The notes below the pieces were generated by a model. That model ran no database searches and had not been told where the DNA came from. It saw nothing but the letters and a program-made list of their open reading frames with translations. From Methanobacteriota archaeon (lineage in GTDB: Archaea > Methanobacteriota > Methanobacteria > Methanobacteriales > Methanobacteriaceae): a DNA stretch of 64,000 nucleotides. Shown here one piece after another: positions 61,300 to 64,000 of this stretch. A program made the position numbers and the translations under genes. Location of the stretch: the NCBI GenBank assembly GCA_963787255.1, contig CAWBCJ010000010.1, positions 64,001 to 128,000 on the forward strand, read 5' to 3'. The stretch's first letter is position 1. Each line of letters starts with the position of its first letter.

Positions 61300-61600
61300 A
61301 ATATATGACGTTTTCAATTTACCATAGAAATACATTGTGTAAATAACCATCAGGCTTATTAATGCAATGTAAAGTGGCAGCATGAAGTTGTCATAATTGT
61401 GGAAGTTTTACATATAAACCCAATGCATCTCCACCAACAAGTTCGAAAAGTACCATTACATAATAGTAGAACTTCAATTTCTACAGGAAGTGCACGTATT
61501 CTACCTCTTGTAAAAAATGCTGGAGCATTAATTATCGTTAAAGCTATTAAAATTAGCAGTCCAAAAATTCTTTCAGCACTAATTAATAACCTGGTTTGTT
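61300..61600 (-). pseudogene. Degraded membrane-protein gene remnant
   Basis: Fragments GLLILIALTIINAPAFFTRGRIRALPVEIE / MVLFELVGGDALGLYVKLP / YDNFM / LPLYIALISLMVIYTMYFYGKL across frameshifts; no clear start. Confidence 0.55.
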
Positions 61601-61658
61601 TGAAAAAAAATTCAGCGATGTATTAATCCTGGCTGATAAAAATATTTTATTAGGTATT

Positions 61659-63554
61659 TTAGAACTTTTCCAGTATTTGGCCATATATATCTTTTATTTT
61701 ACCATCTGACTTTTCATAGATCATCCTGAGAATCAGTTCGGGCGTACTTTTTGCCAGGTAGTTCATTTTAGGAGTTCTATCAACTAGGAGGTTGTAATTT
61801 TCATCCAGACCTTTTGCTTCGATTCCATCTACCCTAACTTCAGTGTATTTCATTATTTCCCGCGCCATGTGGGTTACAATAACTGCATATGAATCAGAAT
61901 CATTTAATAAATCTATGAAACTTGCAATTATTTTCACAGCCGCTTCAAGCTCTGTAATTGCTTCTAATTCGTCTAGAAGAACTAATTTAGTGGTATCTGT
62001 AATTACAACAGGCATGAAAGTGTTTAAAAAGGATTCAAATGCACCGGCATCAAGTGATCTTTTCTTGGAAAAGAAGTATAGTTCATCTATCAATTTTACA
62101 GATGCTTCATTTGCACAAACTGGAAGTCCCATATGGGTCATTATTGAAATCTGAGCCATGGTTTCAAGAAGAGTTGTTTTCCCTCCACTGTTAGCTCCGG
62201 TAAGTAGAGCGACATTTTCCGGTATTTGAAGTGAATAATCAACTTTTTGAATATTAATTTCACTTTCTAATGCTAAATTAAGATGTATAGCTCCTTTAAA
62301 ATTAAATTCATCTGCTATTTGGGGGGGATTAAGATTATACTGGTATGCAAAGCATCCTAAGGCAAACTCGTAATCAAATTCAAGTATTTCCTGAATTTCA
62401 GATTCTGTTTTTTCTTTAAAATCAAAAAGATGTGAAGCTGCTTTTACTTTTTTGTCAAATGCATTAATATGTTGTTTTGCAGTTTCCTGCTTCTTAATTC
62501 TGTCCAGTTCCTGATAATCAATTTCTACAGGATATTTTTGGATAAATGGGTCAAAAAGGATACCGGTTTTCTCTTTAATTTCGTCTCTAGCTTCTTTTAT
62601 TACTTCATCGAATATTTTCTGGATTTTACCGGGCATTCCTTCATTCATCAGCGCTAATACTTCGTCCCCTTTAAAATCAACCTTTTTTATGCTCTCTTGA
62701 AGTTTTTTATCTGCTTTTATCTTTGCAGATTCAACTGCTTCGTCAAATATGCGTTCATCAATCTTGAAGGATTCTAAGGAGTCAATTATTTCAATGGCTT
62801 CTCCAATTACTGATTCGCGCCCCAATATTTTTTTAATTTTTAAAATATTAGATAAAAGGTCGTAATTGGCGTAGAAATATGAAAGAACGGTTTCTGGGAC
62901 AATTTCATATTCCATAGAATCGCTGGTGACCATTGCAACATTAAATGTGTTATCAAGCTCTATTTCTCCAGTTGAATAGATATAAACGACAAATTCATAA
63001 TCTTCAAGACTTTCAAGTTCTTCTGCAGTCATGATGGTGCAATACCTGTTTAAATCCATCTCAAGTAACCTATGATAATCATTTCTAGATTCAACAAGTA
63101 AAGCTCTTGCAGGATCATATTTAGGCTTGTCATTAGATGAAGGATTTATTTTTTTAAGCAGGACGCTGATTTTATCAATTGGTAACTCTGATACGATTTG
63201 TTTTGCATTCATTACAAATTCAAGATTTTTGTTTATTATATTAATGTCCTTAGTGGGACTTATTAATAAAACACGGTTTTTTCCGTATTTTGTATGTGAA
63301 TATTTAAGAATTCTAGCTATAATGTCTTCGTAAATTTGAATTGAACGTGTAGTTTTTAAAAATTCTTCTTTAGGATTACCTAAAACTGCATTTATTATTT
63401 CTATGGCTTTAGATTGACTCACACCATCTATCTTCGAAATTTTGTCGATTTCAAAATTTTTAATTGCGGTGATTAACTCTTCTTCACTTCCAAAGCTGTC
63501 AGTAATCTTTTTGGCCAGTTTCTCGCCAATGCCTTTAATTTTTGTTAAATCCAC
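61659..63554 (-). CDS. HhH + MutS ATPase-domain protein (archaeal MutS2/MutS5-like)
   Basis: LTKIKGIGEKLA HhH; LTGANSGGKT, LLDELE and IVTH motifs. Confidence 0.9.
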   Translation of the reverse strand: MDLTKIKGIGEKLAKKITDSFGSEEELITAIKNFEIDKISKIDGVSQSKAIEIINAVLGNPKEEFLKTTRSIQIYEDIIARILKYSHTKYGKNRVLLISPTKDINIINKNLEFVMNAKQIVSELPIDKISVLLKKINPSSNDKPKYDPARALLVESRNDYHRLLEMDLNRYCTIMTAEELESLEDYEFVVYIYSTGEIELDNTFNVAMVTSDSMEYEIVPETVLSYFYANYDLLSNILKIKKILGRESVIGEAIEIIDSLESFKIDERIFDEAVESAKIKADKKLQESIKKVDFKGDEVLALMNEGMPGKIQKIFDEVIKEARDEIKEKTGILFDPFIQKYPVEIDYQELDRIKKQETAKQHINAFDKKVKAASHLFDFKEKTESEIQEILEFDYEFALGCFAYQYNLNPPQIADEFNFKGAIHLNLALESEINIQKVDYSLQIPENVALLTGANSGGKTTLLETMAQISIMTHMGLPVCANEASVKLIDELYFFSKKRSLDAGAFESFLNTFMPVVITDTTKLVLLDELEAITELEAAVKIIASFIDLLNDSDSYAVIVTHMAREIMKYTEVRVDGIEAKGLDENYNLLVDRTPKMNYLAKSTPELILRMIYEKSDGKIKDIYGQILEKF

Positions 63555-63859
63555 TTTTTATCACCATTAAGGCAGTATTGTTTGATTATAGTTAATTTAT
63601 AAACAGAGTTCATAGTATTTTTTTAAATTATAAAACGTTATAGTGGTTAATGAAAAAAAATTCAGTCATTTTTAATTTCATAAACAGATTTTCATTTAGT
63701 AAGATATTTAATCATAATTATTTTCAATATATAATATCATTCTGTTTAAATATAGTTTCGTAAGATGTTTAGTAAGTAACATTTACGTTAAAATTAATAA
63801 ATAATATTTTAAGATCCAGTTTAAAAATCTTTAAAATAGAAAAATAAGGGATAATATCT

Positions 63860-64000
63860 ATGGACGCTAATTTTTTCTACCTAACAATTCTATTAATTAC
63901 TGGTGCAGGGATAGGGTTTGCTTCAGGGCTTTTGGGAGTTGGAGGCGGCTTTATTATGGTACCTGTTCTATACTGGCTCATGACTTCAATGGGGATTGAT
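63860..64000 (+). CDS. TauE/SafE family sulfite exporter (3'-partial)
   Basis: MDANFFYLTILLITGAGIGFASGLLGVGGGFIMVP. Confidence 0.85.
   Translation, partial: MDANFFYLTILLITGAGIGFASGLLGVGGGFIMVPVLYWLMTSMGID

Overview
AT-rich archaeal chromosome segment from a Methanobacterium-like methanogen (Methanobacteriales-type 16S rRNA, mer, ACDS and POR operons), mostly core metabolism. In order: a Ni/Co ECF transporter divergent from cdhABC-cooC-cdhDE-ferredoxin; ogt; ferredoxin-GGR; minD; tRNA-Leu and tRNA-Thr; an HTH-PhoU regulator and the pstS-pstS-pstCAB-phoU locus; fumarase alpha; porCDABEF; ncsA with a sulfur carrier; two sensor-kinase-like genes; MarR-MATE; RaSEA; mer; a complete 16S-tRNA-Ala-23S-5S operon; and an HhH-MutS protein. 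No CRISPR array, transposase or integrase was seen. Main observations: (1) a PAS / 6x28-residue coiled-coil / HATPase protein whose phospho-acceptor His is Asn; (2) a two-hairpin H/ACA guide RNA after the 5S gene, with both 23S targets visible in the window; (3) three genes that appear to start at ATT or ATA, one of them absent from the ORF track; (4) four tandem rRNA promoter units, each with a palindrome over the TATA position; (5) a mosaic-looking 16S/23S; (6) several operator arrays. About nine single-base frameshifts, one in porA, point to long-read or polishing errors, so single-nucleotide claims need read-level confirmation.
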